Assembly: GCF_006345805.1 (NCBI RefSeq)
Contig: NW_021836296.1
Coordinates: 1-64,000 of the forward strand
Reading direction: 5' to 3'
Source: Octopus sinensis
Taxonomy: Eukaryota
DNA: 64,000 nt
This document shows, piece after piece, positions 26,769 through 42,111 of this stretch; position 1 is the first letter of the stretch; each line of letters opens with the position of its first letter. The notes under the pieces were generated by a model. The model had not been told where the DNA came from. It made no database searches and saw only the letters and a list, made by a program, of their open reading frames with translations. Position numbers and translations under genes: made by a program.

Positions 26769-27056
26769 GAGTGAGAGAGCAGTGCATGCCATCAAAGTGA
26801 CACTGGGGTAAAATATACGAACCCCAGTATACCCGTCATGACTACCCGTCTGATAAGGGCACACCAGGCACATGCATCACAACCATATGTGTGCGACATG
26901 GTGATCTCATATCAAGAAAAACAGCACATGACCTTGCAGGTGGGGCCCAGTGAGAATTTTCTTCAGGTTGAGTAGCCCATCCCGCTCAAAAGGTCCCTGA
27001 ATAAGGGTTATTTAAGGATGTTGAAAGAACCACCCATGTTTCCACAGGTGAATTAT

Positions 27057-27058
<2 letters not shown>
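26769..27058 (-). mobile_element. 5'-truncated family B copy within (TTA)n
   Basis: Shares the 3' end; (TTA)n on both sides. Confidence 0.85.
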
Positions 27059-27112
<54 letters not shown>

Positions 27113-27610
27113 GAGTGAGAGAGCAGTGCATGCGATCAAAGTGACACTGGGGTAAAATATACGAACCCCAGTATACCCATCATGATAACCCGTCTGATAA
27201 GGGTACACGAGGCACATGCATCACAACCATATGTGCGCGACATGGTGATATCATATCAAGATAAACAGCACATGACCTTGCAGGAGAGGCCTAGTTAGAA
27301 TTTTTTCTTCAGTTTGAGTAACCTATCCCACTCAAAAGGTCCCTGAATAAGGGTTGTTTAAGGGTGTTGAACGAAACACCCATGTTTCCTAAGGTGAATT
27401 ATTCAAACCCCAAAGAATCCTTCTCAACACATGGCTATGATGCTCCCCCACTACTTCTGCTCGTGATCAGAGATGCACATATCGTCAGCCACTAAGGGAC
27501 ATGCTCAACCGGTTATGGTCAAACAACTGACAAACAAATCTGTGGTATTGAGCAGAATATTTGCTGTAGCCCATCTTTTATACCAAGACAAAACAATGCT
27601 GTAGCCCATC

Positions 27611-27612
<2 letters not shown>
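27113..27612 (-). mobile_element. Family B copy within (TTA)n
   Basis: Shares the 3' end; (TTA)n on both sides. Confidence 0.85.
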
Positions 27613-27652
<40 letters not shown>

Positions 27653-28621
27653 GGTCAAAGTGTTGAGCTGGCAGAATCATTAACATGCTGGACAAAATGC
27701 TTAGCGGCATTTTGTCAGTCTTACATTCTCAGTTCAAATTTTGTCAAGGTCGACTTTGTCTTCCTTCCTTTTGAGGTAAATAAAATAAGTACCAGTTGAG
27801 CACTGGGGTTGATGTAATCGACTATTCCCCTCCCCCAAATTTTCAGGCCTTATGCCTATAGTAGAAAGGATTTTATATTATAAATAGTTGTTGCTTTTAC
27901 GTTCCATATGAATTTTGAATACGCTGAACCACTGCTTTTTTTCGGTTGTGCAAATATGCATGGTCCTATTACCCTAATACCTAAATTTGAAGATAAATAG
28001 GAGTAAGACAAATATAAGAGAAACGTATATTGTTGGTTTCTTCCGACAACTACAAAACTGCTCCCTAAGCTACAACTTGAAAAATCTCTACAAAGAAAGC
28101 ATCTTTCTACACCTCAAATTGAGCTGCTCCAATCGTTTGATTAAAATTTGTTCAGCTAATTAAGAATATGGAATTCTGAAGGCATAGCAGTAGATAAAGT
28201 GAAAGCGAAAATGCAACGACTGAAGTATTGAGATAAAATATTTTACTCAATCTGCTGAGAATCTGATCAGAATTTGCATGAAGCCAATAAATCTAATTAT
28301 CATAGATTATTATCGAAATCCATAATGAATATATTCAAACCTCTGCGAGATTATTTTTAAAGACTTCAATGCGCGCAGCCAAAAATTAAGCTAATTATGT
28401 GGGAATTTGCAACCGAGCGAAACCAACTATATTTAGATTCGCGCATAGAATACTCAAATAATATGAAACAATTTTGGGAAAAAAACCCATTAGTTAATGA
28501 TAAATCTTTGTCCTATATTTCACGTGAGATACGCACGTGATATACATGTGAAGCAGTTGGTCGTCTTTCTTTTCATGACTGTACAGCTAGGATTCTATTT
28601 CCTTTTTTAAAAAAAATATTT

Positions 28622-28950
28622 CAGTCATTTGACTGCGATCATGCTGCAGCAACTCCTTGAAGGGTTTTAGTCAAACAGATAAACCCAGGGATTTATTTTT
28701 TTAAAGCCTAGTATACTTATCCTTTTACGCCGAACCGCTAAGTTACGGGGACGTAAACACACAAACACCTGTTGTCAAGCATTCACAAATACACCAACGA
28801 GCTTCTTTTCAGTTTCCGTCTACAAAATTCACTCGCAGGGCTTTGGTCGGTTTCTAGGCTATAGTAGAAAACACTTGCCCAAGGTGCTATGCAGGAGGAC
28901 TGAAACCAAAACCATGTGGTTGGTAAGAAAGCCTCTTACCACACAGCTGC
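28622..28950 (-). mobile_element. Degenerate SINE family K
   Basis: Homology to 6078-6483. Confidence 0.7.
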
Positions 28951-29279
28951 GATTTCATATTTTCTTTAACACAAAACATACATGTGCTCAGCAGACACAC
29001 CCAAAACCATACGCATAGTCACGTGCACCACATGTGGCTCTGCTTGTTAGTGTAAGAAGAACATGTGCATCTGTGTATGTGTATATATATATACACACAA
29101 ACATATATGTATATATCTATATATATCTATATATCATATATACATATATATGTATATATATATATATGCATATACTTACATACACACAGACACATATGCA
29201 TTTATATATATATATATATATATCATATATACATATATATATACCATATATTTATAATCTATGCATATATATTTGTATA

Positions 29280-29341
<62 letters not shown>

Positions 29342-29764
29342 ATATATAAGTATACAAATATATATATATACACGCATAATAGTATGTACACACATATATT
29401 TCTGTGTGTGCTAATGCCTATGTGTATACGTTGCTATTTGTATGTATGTATGTATGTATGTATGTATGTATGTATGTATGTATGTATGTATGTATCTGTG
29501 CGTCTGTGTATCTGTGTGCCTATGTGAGTGCGTTTTGCGCTTGCGCAGTTGGAATCGTAATCGGCTACGTGCCGAAATGGTAATAAGCTAAGTTGGCGGA
29601 TGTTGTACTTGAAACTATGTCTAATTTATAATATCGTTCTCTTTCCGTGTATGTCTTGAATCGAATGAATACGATTATTGTGGATATGTTTATATGGTAT
29701 CAAGTACATATCGGCTCATCTGTCATGTCACTGTAAACACTGCAGGCAGGAAAAATACACCCCG

Positions 29765-29802
<38 letters not shown>

Positions 29803-30493
29803 AGAACAAAGTGTACGTACGCCGCTATATATATATACATACATATATACACATATATACATATATATATATATGTGTGCATGTGTAGGTGTGTAGGTGT
29901 GCGTGTGTACGTATTTGACTCTGTGTGTGAGTATATGCGTGCGCGTGTTTATAAATTGCATAAGATCTCAATGTAATGTATAAACTATATACAACGTTTT
30001 CAAGTGAAATCCGTAACTACATGAATCATGCAACGCTCCCAATCATGGCGATCTTTACTATTATTTATCTTTATATTATACAACTCTTTGTTGTGTTTGT
30101 GTGTGTGTGTATGTGTGTGCCTTCATCTTGATATAATATATAAACACGCACAAAGCAACCGTTCTTCATATGCAGACATTACAGAACAAAACAGTCCAAC
30201 GCTCAACAGATTTTCTACGAAGATTTCTTGAAGAAGATGTGCTAGGCCCAAAATATAGAAATACAAAATAAAAGTACAAACCATTGAGTTGTATTACATT
30301 TTATGACTTGTACAGCTTTAACTTCGAGGTAACATTAAAACACTTTATATATTTATGCATCTATATTTATTTATTTATTTATTTATTTATTAATATACAC
30401 ACATATATATAAACAATAGGTTAAATCGAGATACATATGACAATGCAATAATTTATTTATATTCTAATATAAAGGTATACTATGAATATAATA

Positions 30494-30851
30494 TCTATTA
30501 TATAAAATCCGTTCTGTCTGTCTGTGTGTCTTCTTGGATCTCGGGCATCCTCCATCCGATTGCGCTCAAAATTTGAATATGCAGATACCGACGGTACCAG
30601 GTCGTGTATAAGTCTTGAAAAAATTACAAAAGTCGATTCCAGGTGAGAATGCGATCGATAAAGCCGTTTTTCTTTGGAATAGAAAAAAAGTCTATCTTTA
30701 TTTCTTCTTTTGCTGATGTCTCAAATTTAGTTTAAATCAGTGTTTCTCAAAGGGGAGGCCTATGGGACGGTCAGACAAGTTGTTTCGAGAAAATTTTGTT
30801 TAAATATTTGACAACTCAGCACCGTCCATTGGACGGGGTGCGTTTTGCTAG
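30494..30851 (+). mobile_element. Non-autonomous Helitron (second family)
   Basis: A|TCTATTATATAAAA…ctgtctgtc start; 3' hairpin gcaccgtcc-att-ggacggggtgc (30819-30841) then CTAG|T. Confidence 0.75.
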
Positions 30852-30957
30852 TAATATAATATAAACAATAATTTAAAAAACTAAAAATTCCAACAATTTT
30901 TCTTTTTACAATCCAGCAATTCTTTCAGACAGAATTTCGTCTATCTACACACCAATT

Positions 30958-31037
30958 GCCCCGATGAGGCTTATATATAAGGGAACTGTATTATTTATAT
31001 ATCAAAAAATGTATATAAATCGAAACAAATTGTTGGC
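30958..31037 (+). ncRNA. Degenerate hammerhead-like motif
   Basis: gcc CCGATGA g…c GAAA caaattg TT ggc. U4C core change, long AT-rich stem II, near-palindromic stem III. Confidence 0.3.
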
Positions 31038-31464
31038 TTTTTTAGCCTTTTAAATAATTGCTTATGGTGTATTATATTATAAGTTAGCCATAGTATATTA
31101 TCTTATATTATAATATAAATATATTATTTGATTGTCATTTGTACCTCTCTACTTAATTCATTGTTTGTAATTTGTGTTATACCCATATCATGTAGTATTC
31201 AACCGACGTACCAGTGAAGTCGATTTCTTCGTTTAAAATCTTCAAAACGCTGCTGCAGTATGGCCGCAGTCCAATGATTGAAACAAGTAAAAGATAAAAG
31301 ATGATGATCATGGGTCTATGTCTAGTGAAGAATTCGTGGCATGTGGCATATGGAATTTGGTTAGTATCGACCATACGCTCTAATGGTATCTTTATTACAG
31401 AAGCCAATTTGTCGCGGTTTTACTGACCACATTACACCTAAGCTGATGCCAAATAACGGCATTG

Positions 31465-32738
<1,274 letters not shown>

Positions 32739-33011
32739 CCACATGGGTGGTTCGTTCAACTTCCTTAAACAAACCTTATTCAGGGACCTTTTGAACGGGA
32801 TGGGTTACTCGATCAGAAGAAAATTCTAACTGGACCCCACTTGCAAGGTCATGTGCTGTTTATCTTGATATGAGATCACCATATCGCGCACACATGGTTT
32901 TGATGCATGTGCCTGGTGTACCCTTATCAGACGAGTAGTCGTGATGGGTATAATGGGCTTCGTATATTTTACCCCGATGTCACTTTGATGGCATGCACTG
33001 CTCTTTCACTC
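32739..33011 (+). mobile_element. 5'-truncated family B copy with (AAT)n tail
   Basis: Homology to about 8008-8276. Confidence 0.85.
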
Positions 33012-33083
<72 letters not shown>

Positions 33084-33281
33084 GGCCAAGTGAGACACAC
33101 CGCAAACTCTTACAGTATATGGAGAACACAGAATCAAGACAGTAACCATATATTTTAATTTAACTTTATTTCTATCAAAAAAAAATGGCCTACCATTGTA
33201 TGCAATGAGTTTCTTTGCCCTAGGAGTTGGGAAGACACTCGGCAAGATACGGAAGCAAATTTGAAAGAAGAAGAAAAACCC

Positions 33282-33326
<45 letters not shown>

Positions 33327-33519
33327 TAATAATAGTAGTAACAATAATAATGATGTCATGTCGAATATATTCGAAGTAGTTCATAGCAATTTCCCCAAAA
33401 CATGACTAACTTTTGGGTAAAGGGATATTTTAAGTACGGGTTGCTTAATTAGAATAAATAGATTTACGGATAATGATGACGACAACACAAACAATTGATG
33501 TATCAATTAACTTAACTAC

Positions 33520-35150
33520 AGGGATGGTAGTGGCAGTGGTGGTGGTGTTGGTGGTGTTGATGGTGGTGGTGGTGGTGGTGTTGATGTTGGTGGTGGTGGT
33601 GGTGGTGATTGTGGTGTTGGTGACAGTGCTGCTGCTGTTGGTGGTGGTGGTGGTGGTGGTGATGGTGGTGGTGTTGTTGTTGGTGGTCGTGGTGCTGCTG
33701 CTGTTGGTGGTGGTGATGGTTGTGGTGGTGGTGGTGGTGGTGGTGGTGGTGTTGATGGTGGTGGTGATGGTGGTGGTGGTGGTGGTGATGGTGGTGGTGG
33801 TGGTGGTGGTAGAGGTGGTGGTGGTGGTGGTGGTGATGGTGGTGTTGTTGTTGGTGGTGGTGGTGCTGCTGCTGTTGGTGGTGGTGGTGGTGGTGGTGGC
33901 GGTGTTGGTGTTGGTGGTGGTGGTGTTGGTGGTTGCGGTGGCGCGGTTTTAGTGGAGGTACTGATATGTTATTGACGATGGTGATAGTGATAGTTTTCAT
34001 TTTAAGGAAAGGTAGCATAAATGTTGCGGTTGTAGTGGTTGTAGTGGTGGTGTTCTTTTGGTTGTGGTTGTGGTGGTGGTGTTCTTGTGGTTGTGGTTGT
34101 GGTGGTGGTTGTGGTGGTGGTGTCCGAGATGATGGCGATGGCGTTGATGTTCGCAATATTGTTGATGGCGGTGTTGGTGACGATGATACTAGTGTTCACA
34201 AACAGTATTGGTATCGGTGGTGTTAATGTTCTAGTAGGTCGTGGAGATTAGGTTGTGGTGGTGGTAGTGGTGGTGGTGTTGGTGGTGGTGGTGGTGGTGG
34301 TGGTGGTGGTGGTCATGATGATGATGGTGGCGGTTGTGATTGTGGTAGTGGTGGTGGTGGTGGTGGTGGTGGTGGTGGTCATGATGATGATGGTGGTGGT
34401 GGTGATTGTGGTTGTGGTGGTGATTGTGATAGTGGTGGTGGTGGTGGTGGTGGTGGTGGTGGTGGTGGTGGTGATGGTGGTGGTGATGTTGGCGGCGGCG
34501 GCGCCGGTGGTGGTGGTGGTGACGGCGGCGGTGGTGTAGTGGTGATGATTCTGGTGCTGGTGGTGGTAATGGCGGTGGTGCTTGTTGTGGTGGTGCTGGT
34601 GGCTGCGGTGGTAGTGGTAGTGGTGGTGGTAGTGATGGTGTGGGAGGTGGCGGTGGTGGTGGCGGTGGTGATGATGGTGGTGATGGTGATAGTAGCGGTG
34701 GTGGTGGTGGTGGTGGTGATGGTGGTGATGGTGGTGGTGGCGGTGATGGTGTTTGTGGTGGTTGTGGTGGTGGTGGTGGTGGTAGTGATGGTGTGGGAGG
34801 TGGCGGTGGTGGTGGCGGTGGTGATGATGGTGGTGATGGTGGTGGGTGGTGTGGTGGTGTTGGTGGTGGTTGTGGTGGTGGTGGTTGTGGTGGTGGTGGT
34901 GGTGGTGATGGTGGTGGTGGTGGTGGTGGCGGTGATGGTGGTTGTGGTGGTTGTGGTGGTGGTGGTTGTGGTGGTGGTGGGGTGGTGTGGTGTGGTGGTG
35001 GTTGTGGTGGTGGGTGGTGTGGTGGTGTGGTGGTGGTGGTGTGGTGGTGGTGGTGGTGATGGTGGTGGTGGTGGTGGTGGTGGCGGTGATGGTGTTTGTG
35101 GTGGTTGTGGTGGTGGTGGTTGTGGTGGTGGTGGTGGTGGTTTTAATGCC
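33520..35150. repeat. About 1.6 kb (GGT)n-derived low-complexity tract
   Basis: Direct reading; source of the poly-V/H/T ORFs. Confidence 0.95.
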
Positions 35151-36103
35151 TGTCATAATCGGGACTGCGATGACAAGTTCCTGAATAATTAATATGGTGA
35201 CAATATTATTTTGTGTTGAGACTAAAGTTCTGGCAATATTTTGGTAACATATTCTGTTTTTGTTTTTGTTTTTTCCTCAAATTACAACAAAACAATTAAA
35301 CTGGCATTTTGGTGGGAAGGAGGCAGTCGATTAGATTGACACCAGTACGCAACTGGTACTTAATTTACCGATCCCTAAAGGATGAAAGGCAAAGTTGACC
35401 TCGGTGGAATTCGAACTCAAAACGTATAGACAGACGAAATGCCGCTAAGCATTTCGCCCGGTGTGCTAACGTTTCTGCCAGATTGCCGCCTTAATCTGTC
35501 ATACCAGGTTCGTAGCTGTGACAGCGACACACAGATACACACGAATACAGGGATATAGAAATAAACATGTAAGGTTACTCTTTCTTATTATGACACGAGG
35601 TGAACAATTTTGAAGGGATTGGAAAGACGATTACATTGAACCCAGTGTCCAGCTGGTATTTTATCCAACCCGAAAGCAAGGAGAGCAAAGTCGACCTCAG
35701 CGGCGTATGAAGTCAGAGCGTAAAAAATCCGAAAGAAACGCCGCAAATATTTTATCCGGCTTTATAACGATTCTACCAGCTTGCAGCTGAGACACATTCG
35801 AATATTGAAACACACCGATTTACGAATAAAAATTTCTTACTCATCACATAGAGAAATACTGAATCACACGTACAGACAAATAAACGTTATACAAATACAC
35901 AAATACAAAGACGTTAAATCTATCGTTTCAGTCGCCATTTTGTTTCGATTTTATTTCTTCTCGGTTCAGAATTCTTATGCTAATGTCCTCACGTTTTACC
36001 GCTCGTGTTTCAGTGAAGAGACTAAGGCTATTAGCAACAACATTACATAACTAGGGCTGTGAGAGTGTGAACGAGAGAGAGAAGGATATAAAGTGATAGA
36101 GAG

Positions 36104-36154
36104 AAAACTATCATTCTAATTGATATTGATATAAGCAAAGCTTTCGACTCCATT
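36104..36154 (+). mobile_element. Non-LTR reverse transcriptase motif remnant
   Basis: KTIILIDIDISKAFDSI resembles the DxSKAFD(S/T)V motif of CR1/L2/Jockey-type RTs; the flanks are decayed. Confidence 0.45.
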
Positions 36155-36671
36155 CTCAGTTTTTTCACTTATGCAAAAAGACCATTCAAAACTATCTTTA
36201 AAATACATACAAAACTTTGTTTACCAAATAATTTTCCTATCTGGTCACCAAAACCTACCATATTTTCTGACAAACAAGTTGAATTTTTCAGACAAAAACT
36301 GACAGCAAAAGAGGATATGTTAACTTATTATACCAAGACGATTTTGGAGACCAAAATATTCTGTGAAATGCAGTAGGATTTGGAACGATTTTAACGAAGC
36401 TTGAATGCTTACACTACAGTGTTTACACCATATATTGTATGTTGGAAAATACAGTTTGTAATACACAGGAAAGACAATTGATAAAAATAAATTTGAAATT
36501 TTCTAAATGGAGTTGTACAAGGGTTTGTGCTTTCATCGACCCGTTTTAGCCTTATTTTCATACGTACACTATCTCTTTACATTGTCACCGCGAGGTGGAT
36601 TTTGAAAAATTATAACATATAAACACGAGGCACGTTCTGTATCGTGTCGTTTTTATAATGTTAATCTTGGC

Positions 36672-36746
36672 TTTCCTGCTGACGAAAGCTTCGCCTAGTA
36701 AATTATTTTATTTGCTGAAGATAGATTGAAACCATGGTACAGGAAA
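36672..36746 (+). ncRNA. Type I hammerhead with 7-bp stem I and extended stem II
   Basis: tttcctg CTGACGA …(agtaaat/atttgct hairpin)… GAAA ccatgg TA caggaaa; palindromic stem III ACCATGGT. Confidence 0.65.
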
Positions 36747-36893
36747 TAGATGGTAAATGTTTTTATTTTTGATTCCCTTTCGAAATTACCCCTAATAGTG
36801 GTTTGGAGTTTAACTACTCCTTCTAGCGGATCAAATGTCCTGTTATGGCCATCTCTTATGTGTTTAAATGTACACTGTATTTATATATTTATC

Positions 36894-36932
<39 letters not shown>

Positions 36933-36944
36933 ATATATATGTAT

Positions 36945-36975
<31 letters not shown>

Positions 36976-37139
36976 CATATATATATGTATGAATATATAT
37001 ACATATATACATAAATATACACACATACATGCATACTTATATATATTCATATATATACATATATATACATATATATATATGTATGAATATATATACATAT
37101 ATACATGCACACACACTCACACACCACACACACACACAC

Positions 37140-37191
<52 letters not shown>

Positions 37192-37217
37192 ATGTATGCA
37201 TGTATATATGTGTGTGC

Positions 37218-37272
<55 letters not shown>

Positions 37273-38182
37273 CGTATATATATTTAGATAGATAGATGGA
37301 CACATAGATTGATAGATAGATAGATAGATATAGAGAGAGAGACAGACAGAAAGAGAGAAGGAGAAAGAACAGGGAGAGGAACAATGTATTACTATGGCAC
37401 GACATTTCCATAATTGATAGAAAACTACAGTGGGAGCTGGAGAAAAATCAATGCAACGTTTCGTAGAGTGTTTGCTGAAAATCCAATCAGTAAACTAATT
37501 ACAGCCATGAATCCAATATGGCTGCCTTGGCGAAAAACAAATTTTAATAACCCAAAACATGCAGCTTCGAAAATATACGCACCATCGGATGAGAGACATG
37601 GTCCACTGCTATTATGGGATCGTCAAGCGTATAACAAAAGGCACAATAAAATGCATAAGGTATTATTTACTTGTTGCATATGTAATATTTTATTTTTTAT
37701 CTTTATTTGTTTCTGTTACCAGATTGCGGCCATGCTGGGGCACCGACCTGAAGAATTTTTACTCGAAGGAATCGATCCTAGTACAATTTTTTTTTCTTTT
37801 GGTCAAAGCTTGGTACTTATTCCATCGGTCTCTTTTTGCTGAGCCGCTAAGTTACGGGGACGGAAACAAAGCAACACCGCTTACCAAGCGGTAGTATGGA
37901 ACAAACACACGCAAACACACACAATTACACACACATACACACATATATATGTATGTATGTATGTATGTTTGTATATATGAGACCGATAGAATAAGTACTA
38001 GACTTACAAAGAATAAGTTCTGGGGTCAATTTGTTCGATTAAATGCGATGCTCCAGCATGGCCACAGTCAAATGACCGAAGCAAAGAAGAGAATAAAAGA
38101 ATGTATTTATATATATGTATATATACGACGGGCTTCTTTCAGTTTCCGTGCATCCACTCACACAGCTTTGGTCAGGCTGAGG

Positions 38183-38221
<39 letters not shown>

Positions 38222-38416
38222 GACATATATACATACATATACATATATACACATATATATATACATATATAAATATACATATATATTGATATACCAGCAT
38301 GGCACAGCTCATTAGCTTGAAACTGGAAAAATCAAAATCAAAATCATATATACATACATATATATACATATATAATACACATATATATATATACATATAT
38401 ATATATACATACATAC

Positions 38417-38489
<73 letters not shown>

Positions 38490-38504
38490 TTATATTTAAC
38501 CACT

Positions 38505-38730
38505 AAGATGTTTGTTTGGTGCACGGAGATCGTGGTGGGCAGCAGCAATATCCAATGTGAGACTGATGAAACGTAAAAAAGAGAAGAATCTTAGTATCGG
38601 AACCCCAGGATTGGAAAGCTCTGAGGATCTTTGAGTAGGTTCTGTGGACCATATCGACTTAAATTGTTGATGTGCGCCCTCCATGTTAAGTCGCTGTACA
38701 CAGTGACACCTGAGTCTCTGATATCGCCAG
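38505..38730 (-). mobile_element. CR1/L2-type LINE ORF2 C-terminal relic
   Basis: DIRDSGVTVYSDLTWRAHINN, then after a frameshift KILRAFQS…ILLFFTFHQSHIGYCC.P..SP (KDLGV…LTW.HI…; RPHLEYC…WSP pattern). Confidence 0.75.
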
Positions 38731-38957
38731 AAATCAGAAAGATCGATAAGTTGACAGCATTGTAACAATATCTATTGTGTATATATTCGCCAGAAATCAG
38801 GCAGATCGATAATCTATCAATATTTTATACCAATGCCTCTTGTTTCTGCGAACGTGTATGTTTGATGCGCTTGTCGAATCTAAACATGCCTGTGTGATCT
38901 GCAGCAATAGCAACAGCAACGGTAGCAAATGCAGCAGCCACAACAACAATAGTAGTT

Positions 38958-39003
<46 letters not shown>

Positions 39004-39091
39004 AAGCAGCAGCAGTAGTACTACTACTAGCGGTTGTAGTAGTAGCACTAGCAGCAGCAATAATAGTAGTAGTAGCAGCAGCAGACATCGT

Positions 39092-39129
<38 letters not shown>

Positions 39130-39212
39130 ATAGTAGTAGTAGTAGCATCAGGAATTGTAGTAGCAGCAGTAGACGTAGTATTAGTAGTAGTAGCAGCAGA
39201 AGTAGCAGCAGC

Positions 39213-39250
<38 letters not shown>

Positions 39251-39274
39251 CAGCATCAGGAGTAGTAGTAGTGT

Positions 39275-39308
<34 letters not shown>

Positions 39309-39309
39309 T

Positions 39310-39343
<34 letters not shown>

Positions 39344-39873
39344 CAGCAGCAGCAGCAGTAGTAGTAGTTCATGTTCTTGTTTTTTGATGAAACGCTAGCA
39401 GTGGTAAAGATATTTAGTGGCAGCAATAAAAGCCGCAGCAACAACAGCAGCAGCAGTATTCACAAGAGCTCACTGGCAGCTGTAACAACAAGAATTAACA
39501 GCAAAAGCGGCGGCGGTGATACTATCAAATGTAGTCATGGCAACGAGTAACAGTAACAAACAGAAGAAACGCCATTTTTAGTGGCAACAACCAGAAAAAC
39601 CAATTTAGCACCATTTAATATTGGTATTTGCAATATTGGCTGCAAATTTTGGTATTTGGTCAGCAATTTTTTTGCGGCGGGAACGAAGTCGATTACATCG
39701 ACCCCAGTGCGTGACTGGTACTTGTTTCACCGGCCCCCGAGAAAAAAAAATTAGAGGTAAATTCGACGTCGGTGGAATTTGAAAACTCAGAACGTTAAAC
39801 ATGGACGAAATGTCGCTCAGCATTTTGTCTGCCCGGCCGACGTGCTAACGGATCTTCCAGCACACCGCCTTCA

Positions 39874-39908
<35 letters not shown>

Positions 39909-40269
39909 CCATTCTACTATAAGCATCGGGCTAGAAATGTGGGAACGGAGGCCAGTCGGTTAGGTCGACCTCAGTACACAAGTGGTACTTGATTTATCGA
40001 CCCCCGAAGTGGCAGAATCGTTAGCACACTGGACGGAATGTTTTACGGTATTTCACCCGTCGTTACGTTCTGAGTTCAAATTCCGCCGAGGTCGACTTTG
40101 CTTTTCATCCTTTCTTGTTCGATAAATTAAGTACCAGTGAAATACTGGGGTCGATGTAATCAATTAGACCTCCTCCCACAAAATTTCAGGCCTTGTGCCT
40201 ATACTTGAAAGGATTATTATTATCGTTGTTATTGCTGTTTTGGTAAAGCGACGGATTAATTGCAAGCGT

Positions 40270-40700
40270 ATGTCTGTCTGTCTGTCTGTATGTATGTATG
40301 TACGTATATATGTATGTATGTATGTATGTATATGTATGTATGTATGTATGTATGTGTGTGTATGTATGTATGTATGTATGTATGTGTGTATGTATGTATG
40401 TGTGTATGTATATATATATATGTGTGTATGTATATATGTATGTATGCATGTATGTATGTATGTATGTATGTGTGTGTGTATGTATGTATGCATACATGTA
40501 TGTATGTATGTATGTATGTATGTATATATGTATGTATGTATGCATGTATGTATGTGTGTATGTATGTATATATATATATGTATGTATGTATGCATGTATG
40601 TATGTATGTATGTATGTATATATATATGTATGTATGTATGCATGTATGTATGTGTGTATGTTTGTATGTATGTATGTATGTATGTATATATGTATGCACG
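40270..40700. repeat. (TATG)n-derived tract
   Basis: Direct reading. Confidence 0.95.
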
Positions 40701-41371
40701 TCAGGTCACTTTGAGTGCTACTGATAGCACGTGACCCAGTACAACCTGTCACATGTCTGAGCCGTCAACAACAAAACCGACAAGCTTACTCAGCCTGTCG
40801 TATAAGAAGGACGGTTTTCGCTAGACACCCTGCAGAAACGAGAAACAAAGCCGATAGATTGAATGGCCACTCAACAGCTGAGAGAGACAGACAGACAGAG
40901 AGACTTTTAATCTTTGTTCAAACATTTCTCCAGAAGCTAAATTCGAAATAACACCGTCTTCATTGCGAAGCTGGTGATCTTTGCTTTGAAGGTGAGAGCT
41001 TCAGCAGTGTTACGCAAACTGTGTTTGACTTCAAATTTCTGAAGGTACAGGTATTGCTGACAGCCAGTATTTTTAACTTCAAGACTTAAGATAATTTGTC
41101 AGTGATGGTCACACTCGGGAATGAGTTGAGAGCCTTTATATGTGTACATGTATATCATTAGAGGATACGAACGTCGATGAGAAAAGCTGACAAGAAAAAC
41201 AAAGAAACAAACGGTGTTTTACAAACGATGTCTCCCGAGATGTTTGTTCTGCATTGTGTCACAGACACTCCTTTGTCTCTCTCGCTGTGAGAAACGCACC
41301 GAACTAAATCAATGGTTCGTCCTCTGGAAACGTAGGTTCAATGTTCACCCTCTAATTTGCTTCACTTGTAT

Positions 41372-41635
41372 GTTGTGTTCTTGAGCAAGACACCTTATTT
41401 CACATCGCTCCAGTTCACTCAGCTGTAAAAATGAGTTGTGATGTCACTAGTGCCAAGCTGTATCAGCCTTTGCCTTTCCCTTGGATAACATCGGTGGCGT
41501 GGAGTGGAGAGGTTGGTATGCCTGGTCAGCTGCTGGTCTTCCATAAATCAACCTTGCCTGGACTTGTGCCTCGGAGGGGTACAATCTAGGTGCAATCTCA
41601 TGGTCATTCATGGCCGAAGGGGGTCTTTACCCTTT
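41372..41635 (+). mobile_element. SINE family D core with tail 4 (head lost)
   Basis: gttgtgttcttgagcaagacac core; tail matches 62317-62520 (rc) and 63150-63258. Confidence 0.7.
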
Positions 41636-41774
41636 ATCCTATAATCAATACAAATATTTAATTTACTGTTAAGAAAATATTGCTAAAAGATATCAATCCA
41701 AAGATGGTTGTTCCTCATATATGTGTCAGTATTTTTATCGTGTCGTTGTTCGTTTGAGGATATTCCAGCCGTGT

Positions 41775-41813
<39 letters not shown>

Positions 41814-42077
41814 TGTTTTTGTGTGTGTGTGTGCGTGTGTGTGTGTTTGCGAACGCGTGTGTAGCATAATATCTGCGGGACTAGAATGACCTATCCCATA
41901 GCTATTATTTCGATTTTGAAGACGGTGTATGTACCAAAGAGTAGAATCTGTGGAAAAAAATTATTCTGAGATTCCGCGAGAGAAAACATATTCTTCGAAT
42001 GAAATTTATAAAAGCTTATTTTATATAAAAAATAATACTCACCATTTTCAAAATGAAACTTATGGGTGTTTGTGTGT

Positions 42078-42111
<34 letters not shown>

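Noticed and set aside
33473-35192. Poly-Val/His/Thr/Gly ORFs up to 302 aa
   Set aside because: (GGT)n microsatellite, open in multiple frames.
40931-40995. Candidate exon with ccag acceptor and AAG|GTGAGA donor
   Set aside because: Stops in all three frames; a UTR or lncRNA exon cannot be supported without transcripts.
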